Part shown: in pieces, positions 12,431-24,330 of the stretch
Layout: the number at the start of each line of letters is the position of its first letter
How positions within the stretch are numbered: the first letter of the stretch is position 1
From: Prorocentrum cordatum
Lineage: Eukaryota
NCBI GenBank assembly: GCA_963575745.1
Contig: CAUYUJ010000231.1
Span: forward strand, 1 to 64,000
Length of the DNA: 64,000 nucleotides
Reading direction: 5' to 3'
Position numbers and translations under genes: made by a program
The notes under the pieces: model-generated
What the model was told of the DNA's origin: nothing
The model's input: only the letters and a program-made list of their open reading frames with translations
Databases searched by the model: none

Positions 12431-13121
12431 CACAGGGCACCACTCACATGCAGGTGTCTACGCCACGACTGCGGGGTCACCCGCTGGTCCTGGCGAGCCA
12501 AGTCCCTGGGCTGACCAAGCCGATATGCCCAACGAGGCCACTGCCTTCTTAGGGCAGACCGGCCAGGCATCGGCAGAGGCAGCTGAGGCGAACGCCTGGT
12601 CGAACTACTCGCCAGGCGCCGCCTACACTGCAAGCCCGCCCTCGGGCACAACCCTCTGGGGCCAAGCGGAGTCATCCGCTCAAGGGTCTCAGCCGCCCTC
12701 ACCGTTTGAATCTGGCACTGACACAGATACCTCATCTGACGATGAGCACAATGGCATAGTCTCTGCTGGTAATGACTATCCAGCGGATGACACTCACCTT
12801 TCTGAACAACAAAGAGCGGAAGCCGCTTTTATGGCTTATCGCAAATCAAAACGCCGTTGGAGGCGCTTTATGAAGAAACCAGTCAGAAAAGTGAGACGTG
12901 CAGTACGCCGACATTTCAAACGATATGGAAAGGGTCGTGGCAAAGGGGGTCGCAGACGCCGTATGCATGGTAGGGGTATTACTGCTTTCCTCACGTCCTT
13001 AACTGATATAGTTTTTGAAGAAGTTCTTATCGGAGGCAAAGGTCGGGGTCACAGGCGGACCTCTGGTAAGGGAAAAGGGCGTAGGGGCAACCCTAGGGAC
13101 GCTTCTGGCAATACTATGAAG

Positions 13122-13163
13122 TGTCATACATGCGGTAGCACAGAGCATTTGCGCGATCAATGC
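13122..13163 (+). other. CCHC zinc knuckle (nucleocapsid)
   Basis: CHTCGSTEHLRDQC = C-x2-C-x4-H-x4-C. Confidence 0.95.
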
Positions 13164-14849
13164 CCGAAAGGGAAAGGAAAGGGATCCGTACATTTGGCTC
13201 AAAACTGTTTTATGGATGACATAGACTACATTGACTACGAGTTTTACGTCAATCCAGAAGCGGCTCCCGCCGCGGGCTCCTCCACGTACCACGTGATGGC
13301 CCGCTACGCTGAAGTGACCGTAGCCCTGGAAGAGTACGCGGTGACCCTCTTCGACGAGTTCCACGGCTGGGACGAAGTCGACGAGGTCGCGTTCAATGCC
13401 TGGTTCGGTCTTCCAGCGGGGCCACCCGCCGACGACGAGATCTCCGATGCTGAGACCGTCCCGGCGACCGAGGAGGAGCTCGCCGCCGCGCTGGCACCGC
13501 AGGTGATTGGCATGCCGTTGCTGCCAGATCTTCCGCGAGCTGGCTCGGAAGCGGGAGACGCTGATGACGAAATGCGGGGCCATCCCGCTGATTCTGACTC
13601 TGAAGAGGCCGAAGAGGACTATAAGGCCATGCTCCAAGAGCAGGTCGCAGAAGCAATCCAGCTCCTGAGTGCGCCAGCACATCAGCAGATAACCATGAAC
13701 GGCCTGCTGTCGCGCCCAGGGGCCGCAAGGCTGCGTCCATACCTGGATTCGGACATGTCGGCACCTCAGATGCTGACAGCACTCCAGGCTCTAGCGGGGT
13801 CACCCGCCGAAGTGACGCCAGCCGCAGCAGCGGGGCCACCCGCTTGGTCTATGGATGTAGTCATGCAGGGCTGCGACCAGATGGACCTCAACGACCTCAC
13901 GATGGAGCAGCTCAACGACATCGGGTACTTCCGAAGCCCGTATCAGCACGTATTCATGGTCCAGGACAGCTCAGAGGACTCGGAGGACATGCGCCATGCC
14001 AAGAGGGACAGACGACCATCGCCTCCCCGAGACTCAGAGCATGACGATCAAAGGCCCATGGGACGTGGCAGTGCGTTAGCGGGGCCAGCCCGCAGGAGGA
14101 GCCGCTCAGCTCCACGACGCCCTACACATGATGCATCGGGCTACCCGTACAGTACGGAGCACTCCGTAGGTGTATCCGCTCAGTACGTGCCGGAGTGGTA
14201 CATCAATTGGTACCCCGGCTACTCGATGGACGTGATCCGCCACTGGTATTCTAAGGAGTACTGCGCCAACAGGGACGAATCTGGCATGATAATACGTACC
14301 AAGGGTGGCAAGACTAAAACGCCAGAGGCTTGGGACAAAAGGGCTAAGAAACAGGAGATCATCAACGATCGCAAGACATACAGGAAACAAGTATGTCAAT
14401 GCGAGCCCTTCAAAAGTCACATGCGCAGCTGTCCAATGGACCGCCCCTCCAGGAGCCCTCATCACGGTGAGACCCCGTGGAATTGGTCTCATGGAGATGA
14501 CGCCGGCAACGTCCATGATCCTAACAAGGAGGTCCCTGGAGGAGGAAAGCGCATCACTGAAGCCGATCGCGTCCCTATGACCGAGGAGGTTGCCAACGCT
14601 GTCAGGGAAAATTGGGAACAGCTTCCTAATGACCATCGCCTCAAGGAATGGAACCGCCGATTCCATAAAGAGGCGGGGCCACCCGCAGAATCCAGCGGAG
14701 AAGCGGGGCCACCCGCAGACGCGGCGCCAGTCGCTGGGTCCGCGGACGAAGATTGGATAGCTGTTGCATCTGCTGCCGGATCCGCCGCCGGTACTGACCA
14801 AACCGAACTGAATGAAGAATGGGCGGCGGAAGACGGCTCAGAGAATCCA

Positions 14850-14990
14850 TTCCCTGATGGGTGCGCCTGCTGGTACTACAGCTCCTCGGCACAGAAGTGG
14901 TTCTGCACAAGGGTTATTCACCGCCACGAAAATGGCAAGTACAAGCTGGCCATAAAAGGCACTGCCAACATCGACCAGATGAGGCAGATC
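14850..14990 (+). other. SH3/Tudor-like small beta-barrel domain in ORF1
   Basis: FPDGCACWYYSSSAQKWFCTRVIHRHENGKYKLAIKGTANIDQMRQI is an isolated globular beta-rich island with the G-x-V...W-x3-V...G-x-Y pattern of SH3-fold barrels. Confidence 0.5.
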
Positions 14991-16031
14991 ATCCATGATC
15001 ATGGCCAGCCAGAAGGCCCTCCTAAGGACCCTCCTGGTCCACAACCAGGTAAGGGCAGCAGACCACCTCCAAGACCTGAAGCCGACTCCTCGTCTTCACC
15101 GACTCCTGCGAAGAGGCACCCGTCCAAGAGCCCCGAAGGCACACAGGGGCGTGCGAAGGCCAGAGGGATCGCCAAGCAGAACGACCCTGAGCAGGGAGAG
15201 CCTACCGGCCCGTCTGTGACGGAGAGGAGGAAGGCTTTTGCTGGACCATCGACCCCGATGCCACCGGCTGCCCAAGGCGATGTCAAGGACGAAGTTCGCG
15301 ACCAACCTAAGGCAGCCTTCCGAGGTGACTGGACTCCAACTCTGCATCAGCCGCGCCTTGCACCACGACCAGGTTCGGCACGAATGAAAGCGCAGCCGAA
15401 GCCCGAAGCTGGGATGAGGTCGGCGCGGGCAGAAGCAGCCGCCAAAGCTAAGGAGGACAAGGGCTCTGCGGGGCCACCCGCTAAAGCGGCGCCAGCTGCA
15501 GCAGCGGGGACACCCGCAGAAGGCACTCTCTCAAGAGAAGAACGCTTCAGAGCCCTCAAAGAATTTGGCGACCGACAGAAACTAGCCGACGATGCAATGG
15601 CTGACCAATGTCACCCGCACCCTGGCGCGGAGTCATCCGCTGGAGCTGCCTCGTTAGCCGCAGGCTCTGCGGGGCCACCCGTTAAAGCGCCGCCAGCTGC
15701 ATTAGCGGGGCCACCCGCACGCTGGCAGCCAGTGATGTCTGTTCTCAGGAACATCCCTCTGGGAGCCATTGAATATTGGCAAGGCATTGAAGGCAAAGGC
15801 CCGAAGCGCACCATAAACCCACGAGTCACTCGAGACGATACAGATCGATACGAGGTCATTAATTGCCCTGATCGTCGTAACTTCGAGTGCCGCAACGATT
15901 GGGAACGTGAACAACAAGCCGTGGGAAATATGTTGCGAGACAGGCCGCCATTGCGCGTCGCGCAGCACAGGGCAGAGCTCATGAAGGTCATGGAGAAGTT
16001 TAATACAGATCCTACTCTGCCGCGCGACTGG

Positions 16032-16800
16032 CAAATGACCAAGGTGTCAATATGGTTCTCTACAGCCCTACGCCATAGTCCGTATTGGAAGGATGGATTC
16101 AGCCGACACTTCGAAAAGATCAACACTTTCGATCCATACGATGGCTGGGTTGTTATTGACGATTTGTTGACAAACTGGACTGAAAACGATCAGTGGAAAG
16201 GCTACCGTGACATGCATGATGTGCTGATCAAGGGCAACCCTCACTGTTCATACGTGTACTGGGTGTTGCTAAACTGCTGCGAGATGATCGACGGTCATGG
16301 TATGCAGAAGGGCAGGCTCCAGATGAAGTGCGTCGAGGACAGCATGAAGCTACCTCCCAGATTCCGACCAACGGTACGCAGGCCACAATACTTCATCAGA
16401 GCCACGAACGGCCATAGCAGCCCAGGCATCCACTGCCCCGAGTCGCTCTATAAGCCGATCACAACATGGATGAAGGAACCAGACGACCCAGTATACTTCA
16501 TCCACGGGACACAGTGGGAACATGTCAAGGGCATCCTTGATAATGGCCTTTCGTGCCTCGCACAGGACAACCCTAAGGGGAAGGGGGGGCGCCAGTTCGT
16601 ACACGGCTGCCCCTACCTCCCGGGTGACCCGAGGATTCAATCGGGCATCCGTCCTGACTCAGAGGTGCTTATCTTCTGCAGCATCAGCAAGATGTTGTCC
16701 AGCGGCTTTTCCTTATGGAGGTCAGCGAATGACATCGTCATGACACGGGGCCACGACGGCCGCATACCGCCCGATCATATCCTCCAGATTGTGAGCATTG
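16032..16800 (+). other. Tpt1/KptA family NAD+-dependent RNA 2'-phosphotransferase domain in ORF1
   Basis: Family motifs occur in order: S..LRH (ALRHS), DGWV, KGRLQ, IRATNGHS, FIHGT, I...GL, GRQFVH, SGIRPDSEVLI, WRSANDIVMTRGHDGRIPPDHI. Confidence 0.9.
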
Positions 16801-18434
16801 CAAAATATCGGGTCGGTGAAGCCTGGAGCAATCCGCTGGCGTATGACAAATCGCGGAAGCGGGGCCAACCCGCAGACAGGATTCGCACCGATGATTACCT
16901 GCCACTTAAACTATGTGACAGAACTCTGGGTGTAATGGAAGATCACGCCATGTACCTAAAGGGCTGGTCTAAGACGGACGGTCGCCCATTCAACTTGATC
17001 ATGACCGAGCAAGATGTTGCTCCACGACCGTACGACACACAGACAGTCCTCATGATAAATGCCCAGGAAGACGAGGTCATGCCTGAGGCGGGGCCACCCG
17101 CAGGTGCGGGGACACCCGCGGTAGACACCTCGGACGGTTCATGGCAACAAGTGGTCACACCAGTAGCAACGGTAGCATCTCCTTGGAGGCCGGATCAGCA
17201 GGCATGGGTCCAGGCCCTCAACAGCTACCTGACACCAGCCGACGTTTCTGGACTGACCGATCAGCTATATCGTGCTGACCCGTGGGCAGTGCATACAGGT
17301 ATCCAAGACGCACAGCAGAGGAACCTGCGCACTCCTGCGGGGCCACCAGGCGTCCTAGGACCACAGCCACAACGCCCTCCGCAGCAGGCTGGAGGTGCGA
17401 GGTTTGTCCCTATGGGCGGCTCAGATGGTGGCTCGCCGTTCCGGACTCCGCCGTCTGAAACGAGCGAGAACAGCTTGTGGCAAAGACTCCAGGCGATTCG
17501 CGGGAATCCGGCACTCGCAGCAGCACTCCAAGCAACCACTCCCTTTGGCACTCCGAGGGGCAGTGAAGGAGGAGTGGCTGCGGGGTCACCCGCCGAGCGA
17601 ACGCCTGCGGAGCCACCCGCTCAAGCGGGGCCACCCGCTGACGGACAGCAAGGTTCAGACTACGAACGTCGGGCAGCCAACTTAAGAGCACAGGCTACTT
17701 TTCTGCAGCAACAAGCTGATAGAGTGCCCAGCCTGTTGCGGAACCGCAACATAGATGTTACGAATCATGGCGACTTTCGACCTCTTTGGAGTTGGACTTC
17801 TGAAGATGCTCCAAATGCTGATCCCACGAATCCATATCGACAGGTGTTTATTCCAGGAATAGCATCACACCCGATATATGGATGGGACAATCACGGTCCA
17901 GCAGAGGCGCAGGCCATGGACGCGCCGATGTACCCGGAGTACTACGCGCAGATGAATAACACTCCTATGATTGCGGGGCCACCTGCGAACGAATACACTC
18001 GGAACCTAGCTAATGAGATGTTTCGTTTGCAGTTTACACGAGCGGTCGATGCGCAGTCTATGCCGCACTACGCCTACATGCCCACGCCGACGGACCCCGA
18101 GACCATAGTTCAGCCAGCTGGTCTCGCGGTGCCAGCCGCTATGGGCAGCATGCCAGACTACATTCGCGACGTGCACAACACGCAGCAAGCGATACTGGCA
18201 TCCAGGCAGCAGGCTCGGGACAACACCAGGCTGCGCCAACAACGCGCGATCCAGAGAAGGATTGAGCGCGAGGCCCAAGCGGGGACACCCGCAGAAGCGG
18301 GGCCACCCGCTGAACGGTCAGACAGACGGCCACCACCGACGCCATATCGGGAGGGCGAAACCACTTTCGAGCGCCAAGCTCGGACTCGCCCTGACGTGCC
18401 TGCTCCAGTCATTTCAGACTACAACTTCACTCAG

Positions 18435-18593
18435 TGCCCAATCTGCATGGACAACTACGAGATGGGCACTACAGTGTGGAGACTGGCGTGCGGGCACTTC
18501 TTTCACGACATATGCTGGGACCGTGTTGCACAACAGCACGTCCGCAATCAGCGGCCAGGTGCGTCGAATGAGGCCCCCTGTGCCGTATGTCGG
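18435..18593 (+). other. RING-H2 zinc finger in ORF1
   Basis: CPIC-x14-CGHFFHDIC-x21-CAVCR fits the C3H2C3 pattern. Confidence 0.92.
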
Positions 18594-19409
18594 GGACCGG
18601 GCATAGTGATAGCACACTTCCCATATGCTGGACAGCGCGACGCTGAGTCGGACCAAGCGCGCCAGCAGGAAAGGTATGTTGCAGATGCCCGAGAAATGCG
18701 TCGGTTACGAGAAGCAGTGGAGGCACTGGAGGCTCGAGTCGCTCTATCAGCGGAGCCATCCGCACGTGCCCCAGCTGCACAGGCATACCCCTGGCCAGCG
18801 CCAGAACAAGGCATTCAGATGCCGATCCTGTCCACGCTCCGAGCGCAGGAGCCCCCAGCTGCGGGGCCACCCGCTGAAGCGGCTTCCGCCGCCCAAGCGG
18901 GGCCACCCGCAAACGGACCTCCAAACCCAGGTTTCCTGAGGACCATGGAGGCCAACATCAGGCGGAGTGGCAGGAGCGGAGGCGGGATCCGAAGGCCAAC
19001 TGGATCAACCAGGACCTCTCGAGCGGCAAGCCCGGTCAGCGCCAGAAGCCGGGCAAGCGCTGAGAGCGCAGAGGCAGCCCAGTTTCATACCACGTTCATG
19101 ATTGACACAGAGGGGCTGACCTACGCGCGTAACGATACAGACACGCTGCCACCAGGAGGCGAATGGATGTCCACGCTCTCTGCAAACTATTGGGTCCTCC
19201 AGCAGGAACCAATTACTGTGGGGGGGCACCGCCAGTGCGATCAGATGTGGTGCACCGAGCTGACCATGAGCCAATGGGTTCTTGAACAGCGCCTGTTGAG
19301 GGGTACACTCGGATCACAGATCACGTACCACACCAACGACCACACTGGCGTACAGGTCGCTCTTGCAGCGCGCAATGGGACATTCTTTCCTGATGAAGAT
19401 GGTGTGCCC

Positions 19410-19850
19410 TGTATCTCGTTCATGCTGGACATTGGTTCTAATGTGAACATCATTGGATCCAACACGGCGCGGACCTTCCAGGAGATAATGGCCAGGTACA
19501 ACTACCGACCTGCCATCTGCACCCTGAGCAAGACCCTCTACATTAATGGTGTTGGGGAGGGCGCTGCGATATGTCGGAAGATGGGCAACTTCAAGATCGG
19601 GGTACAGTATGCCAACGAGGCGAGCCCCCGTATCGAGGAGTATGCCTCCAACATCGCAGAAGGTTCGGGTGCCAATCTCCCGGCCATCTGGGGCCTAGGA
19701 GCCATGGAGGCACGTGACACGATCATCGTGCTGAAGCCTGGCTACCAGAAGGTCATCTTCCCCAGCGGTGACTACACCCTGAAGCTGGGAAGAGGCGCCA
19801 AGGTCCTGAAGGCGAAAAAGACTCCCTCGGGCCATCTCGCGATTCCCTGC
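19410..19850 (+). other. Retroviral-type aspartic protease
   Basis: ISFMLDIGSNVNIIG (D-x-G-S active site, atypical DIG), flap-like INGVG, LPAIWGL and terminal PSGHLAIP. Confidence 0.8.
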
Positions 19851-20599
19851 GGGCTGTATGAAGGGGCCAAGAGCCACGCGGTCACGAACACCTTCACGAT
19901 CCGCAGCAGTCGAGATGGCTACACCGAGACGGAGAATGAAGAAGACCCCGTCAGTGCGGGGCCACCCGCTGAAACAACAGCGGGGCCACCCGCGACGGGG
20001 CAGTCTGCGACCTTCACGACCGATACGTACATCGTCGAGCCGTACATCGACAAGCAGCTCCTGGAGGACACGACCCGTTTGATCGTGAACAGGACGCTGA
20101 AGAACTGGTGGGAGCGCCGACAGGGTCCCGAAGGGACTGGGCCACACATGAAGGCCGCCCTGAAGTCCAAGATTTTCTGGGCAGTCCAGGAGGCGGTGAG
20201 CGCATGGACGCCTGAGGATCCAGCGGGGCCACCCGCGTCGCCGCCACCACCACCAAGCCACATGGGCGGAGGTTCGTCGGACTCTGCGGGGCCAACCCGC
20301 GTGGAGATCGTGGGTCACGCTACGGATCGGACGGAATACTTTGACATTTCTGAAAACAATCCGCCGATTCTGTCTGCGAGCGTGGCCACACCAGCTGCGG
20401 GGTCACCCGCCGAGCGAACGCCTGCGGAGTCATCCGCTAACAGCATGCCTCCGAGCCAAGCGGCAACTTGGTCTAACGACCGCCGCTGACGGGGGCAGGC
20501 GGGCGCGCCGGCGGCGCTCGCTTGCGATGAGAAGCCGAATGCCGGCCTCCTCGCTACATACGTTGGCCGCGCTGAGGCCCGAGAGGAAAAATATCATTC

Positions 20600-21180
20600 A
20601 AAATGTCTTGTCATCGAGGATATTCGCACAGCTTGCGCTGAACTCCGAACCCGTGGCTATATATGTGATCGGATTACCCATAATGAGGTAATGACTTCAA
20701 CTGGAACACAGTATTTGGGAAATTTGTTGGCAGGAGACTACAATATGTTGTGGGTGGCCACACCCTCTGATTGGTACGTTCGTACTCCAGGAAAGAGGGC
20801 GGGACCACACTATCAACGTATACAAAATCTCCTGATCAAAGCGCGTGCTCTGAGAATGCAGATTGTTATCCTGGGGCCACCCGGGTATTTCTGGAAACAG
20901 GGTCCGATCAAAGATGTTATCGAAGATTTGAAGCTAAGCATTATACGAATGAGACTCTGTCATTTCGGTGTCAAGTTTCACCGCTCCAGTAAATATCCCA
21001 GTGGTTCTTATATACAAGTTGCTACATCTTGTCCTCATATACCGATAAACTTATGGAGATGTACTTGTGGCTCACACAAAGAGCATGATTTGGATTGGTA
21101 TGGCCAAGATCAGCAACGTGCCGAGTTCCGGCATAAAACCTTGGCTATCATCACTGCACGCTTCCTTGATCAACTCAATA
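20600..21180 (+). other. Degenerate (probably inactive) C5-methyltransferase-like domain 1
   Basis: Motif order parallels domain 2: LWVATPSDW (in place of PxC), VILGPPGYFW (in place of E-x-P...W), RLCHFG (cf. DQCTTG), CTCGSHKEH (cf. CPGNHVH). Confidence 0.45.
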
Positions 21181-21941
21181 AAGCCAACGTGATTAGGAAT
21201 GAGCGGAGTGCGGTACACCTCAGTGTGCGTACGCGCGTTGACAAAAAGGTAAGACACTACGTTCAATGTCCACAAAAGGGCCCTCAATGGGACCATGTTG
21301 TTCGTAGAGTCACGACCGACCTGGACACGAATAAGATCGTTCAAGATATCAAAATCCAGGATCAGCCGACTGGGTACAATTATGTAGCTCCATTACCTGA
21401 TGGGGTTACAAACATCAGTACTCGGTTATACTGGGAGCCTCCGGCTCCAGTTCTTCACGGCGATGGTGAGTCGCGAAGGCCACGCCCAAAGCGTGTGACG
21501 ATCGTCGATGACGATCGGTCTCCTCCCCCTTCGATTGAGCGTTGCCAAACGCGACCCACCAACTTTCCTGAAATTCCGCCATTTCCTGACTTAACAGCGG
21601 ATCCTTCCGCAGCGGATCCCTCCGCAGCGGATCTCTCCGCGGAAACTGCGCTGCCCACTGATGCCAGGATAAAACAGAAAGAAAAGCAGAAAGCTGACAA
21701 AGAAGCCGGCATCAAACCGAAGAAAATCCCGAAGAAAGTGGAAGACGGTAACGACGACTGTGGAGAGGACCTCAAAGGGCTTGACTGCTCCACATATTTC
21801 AACGACGTTCCTCTTGATGACTCGGACTCGGACAGCGAATCAGAGGACATCTTCATGATGTTACCGGCGGGGCAACCCGCTGACTCACATGCTGATGTCT
21901 TCTCGATGGTCCAGTCATTATGCTACGGCAGAAACAATCAA

Positions 21942-22570
21942 GTGGACATGCTTGAATTATGTGGGGGCAAGGGTGGTATATCCATATTAGCCTTCAAGAG
22001 AGGACTCTCGTCGGGCGGGAACCTTGATAAGATATCTATGGTTGACCTTGGAAACGCGGAAGTACAAAGGGCAGTCCTTCACTACCTCAAGACTTGCTTT
22101 GTCAAGATCACGATTCTGCAGCCAAGCTGCAGAACTACTGGACTTCCTTCCTACTTCAATGCACAGGTCAATCATGACACGTGGCTTAAACACCACAAAG
22201 AGGACCTGCCCCATATCACGTTCTGTGGAACAGTCGCTCTATTGCAAGACGACCTAAGACGTTTCTTTCTCAGGGAACAACCAATGGGCACGTGGGTGGA
22301 TGAGATCCAGCCATGGAAGGAACTGGCACGACGCAAGGTCACTTGCCAAACGATTATTGATCAGTGCACGACTGGTCTCAAAGATTCGTTTGGACAATAT
22401 ATCCGCAAGCCAACGCAGATGATGGCAAACAAAGAAGAGTTGTTGGCACCCTTCAGAGGCAAGCGTTGTCCAGGTAATCATGTGCACGCCAATGCTTGCA
22501 ACAAAGAACTAGCAAGGGCGGCACAGTATACCTACAGAATGCAGTCACTGATCGTTGATGCGGTGCAAAT
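21942..22570 (+). other. Cytosine-C5 DNA methyltransferase-like domain 2
   Basis: Motif I-like DMLELCGGKGGIS, motif IV-like LQPSC (Cys at 22128), motif VI-like FLREQP, DQCTTG...RKPT, CPGNHVH, and motif X-like AAQYTYRM. Confidence 0.72.
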
Positions 22571-23339
22571 CGCCAAAGATCTGTTTGCTTACGGTCGCGA
22601 TCCATTCGCGAATCGCGAACGCAGTTATGCGTTCGTAACAAACAGTGCTGGCTACGACTTGGACGACCCAACAATCCGGAGACACCCAAACGGAGAAATC
22701 TGGCGACCACCACCTGGCGGTCTTGGGTGTCCTGGCTGTGTAGACAACAACTACAAACAATCACCAAGACACAGCAGGGATCCGAAGATGTGTCGATGGT
22801 ATGATGTTGAACCATACCATTGGAACTGTCCAAGCTGTAAGAAGGAATACCAGAAGAGCAATCCTCACCATACCAAGATATCTGGCCAATGTAGATTCGC
22901 TGAAAAATGGAAACTGCCAGATAACTTTGGTCAGCCGCGCCCAGCGGGGCAAGCCGCTCCTGCGGCGCCAGCCGCGGAAGCGGCTCCAGCCGCAGAAGCG
23001 GCGCCAGCCGCAAAAGCGGCGCCGGCCGCGAAAGCGCGCATACGCGCGCCTAGGCCGCCACGGCCCGGTGAGGGCGATCCAACCGCAGGCGCCAGCAGCC
23101 ATGACATCACCAGGGCCGAGGGGGCTCATGGTAACAGTCTGGCGCTGGTAGCTCTGACGATCACCGCAGACTGCCACAAGTTGCAGCAAGGCGCGGACGC
23201 ATGGAGGGAGGAGATCCTCCACCACCGCCGCAGCCTCAAGCAGAGCCGAGGCCAAGGCCAAGGCTCCCTGATTGGACTCGCTTCGACGTTCAGCTCAGCC
23301 TTCAAAACCTGCGCAGCTTTGACCCGCTGTAGTGCAGCG

Positions 23340-24330
23340 AGAACTCCGCAAACTCCACTTGAGATGGTTTCATGCCAAGGAGCCAAAAATGCGGATGATT
23401 CTAACTAAGGTTGGTCTGGGTGAAACCCGTTTGAGTCTGATCAAAGGCATTTGCGACTCGTGTAGAGAATGTCGAGCCTGGGACAAACCAGGCAACACGG
23501 TGATGCCTTCTGTGTCACTGCCAGGACGTTTCAACGAGGAAGTCGAATGTGATCTTTTCTTTTACAAACAGGAACATATTGTTTTTCACATCATCGACCG
23601 TTGTATTCGCTGGGCAGCTGGCACAGAGATTCCTGATAAAGCTATGCATACTGTTCTCGATGCCTATCATACGAACTTGGATGCAACATGGCCCTGCTAA
23701 AATCTTATACTCCGATGGGGAAGGAGCACTGAATAACGATACAGCAAAGGCCATCCTTAAGGCTAAGGGAACAGAGCTTCGTATCCGAGCGCGTGGCCAA
23801 CACGCCACGACTATCGAAGCTAGGAACGGCATCCTGCGACACCTCATACACGTGATGGGAGAAGAATTGAATAGATTAAATATTCCTCTGAATTTCACTC
23901 GTCTTTTACATGAAGCCTTGTTTGCCAGCAACGCATTTACCTTCTACAATGAAGTGTCTCCGTACAATGCGCTGTATGGCAGACAACCAGCTATGCTTCC
24001 CGATTTCCCTGTCTTGGATCATGATCAGTCCGCTGAATCATCAGATCACTCAAGGGAGGAGACAATCAGGAGGGTTAGTCTGGAGGCAATCACGCAGGCC
24101 ACTGCGGTTGCCAAGACGAACAGGGCTCTCCGTACGAAGACTACTGCTACGGGTGAATTTCACTACAAAGAGGGAGATCTCGTGGACTATCATCGCCCGA
24201 CCACCACGAAAGACGACTGGGGTGGATGGAGTGGTCCATACCCGGTCATCCGCAACGAACCTGACCGAGGCCAGGTCATCGTGAAGGTCGGCAGTCGCGA
24301 AGTGCGAGTACAGTATCCTGACACACGACA
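23340..24330 (+). other. Integrase (HHCC + DDE core + C-terminal SH3-like), frameshifted at ~23672
   Basis: LHLRWFH...CDSCREC; VECDLFF; LYSDGE followed by 33 residues and IEARNG; GDLVDYHR...WSGPYPV. Confidence 0.92.

Larger units (their letters stand above)
11244..20489 (+). pseudogene. gag: Retrotransposon ORF1: Gag / Zn knuckle / SH3-like / Tpt1 / RING / aspartic protease polyprotein (~3,000 aa), with one premature TGA at 12192-12194
   Basis: ORFs 11208-12194 and 12201-20489 share a frame and read ...IDSVLA*FEMARDEA across the stop (probably CGA>TGA). The start codon is uncertain (ATG at 11244, or 11742-11826). Confidence 0.85.
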
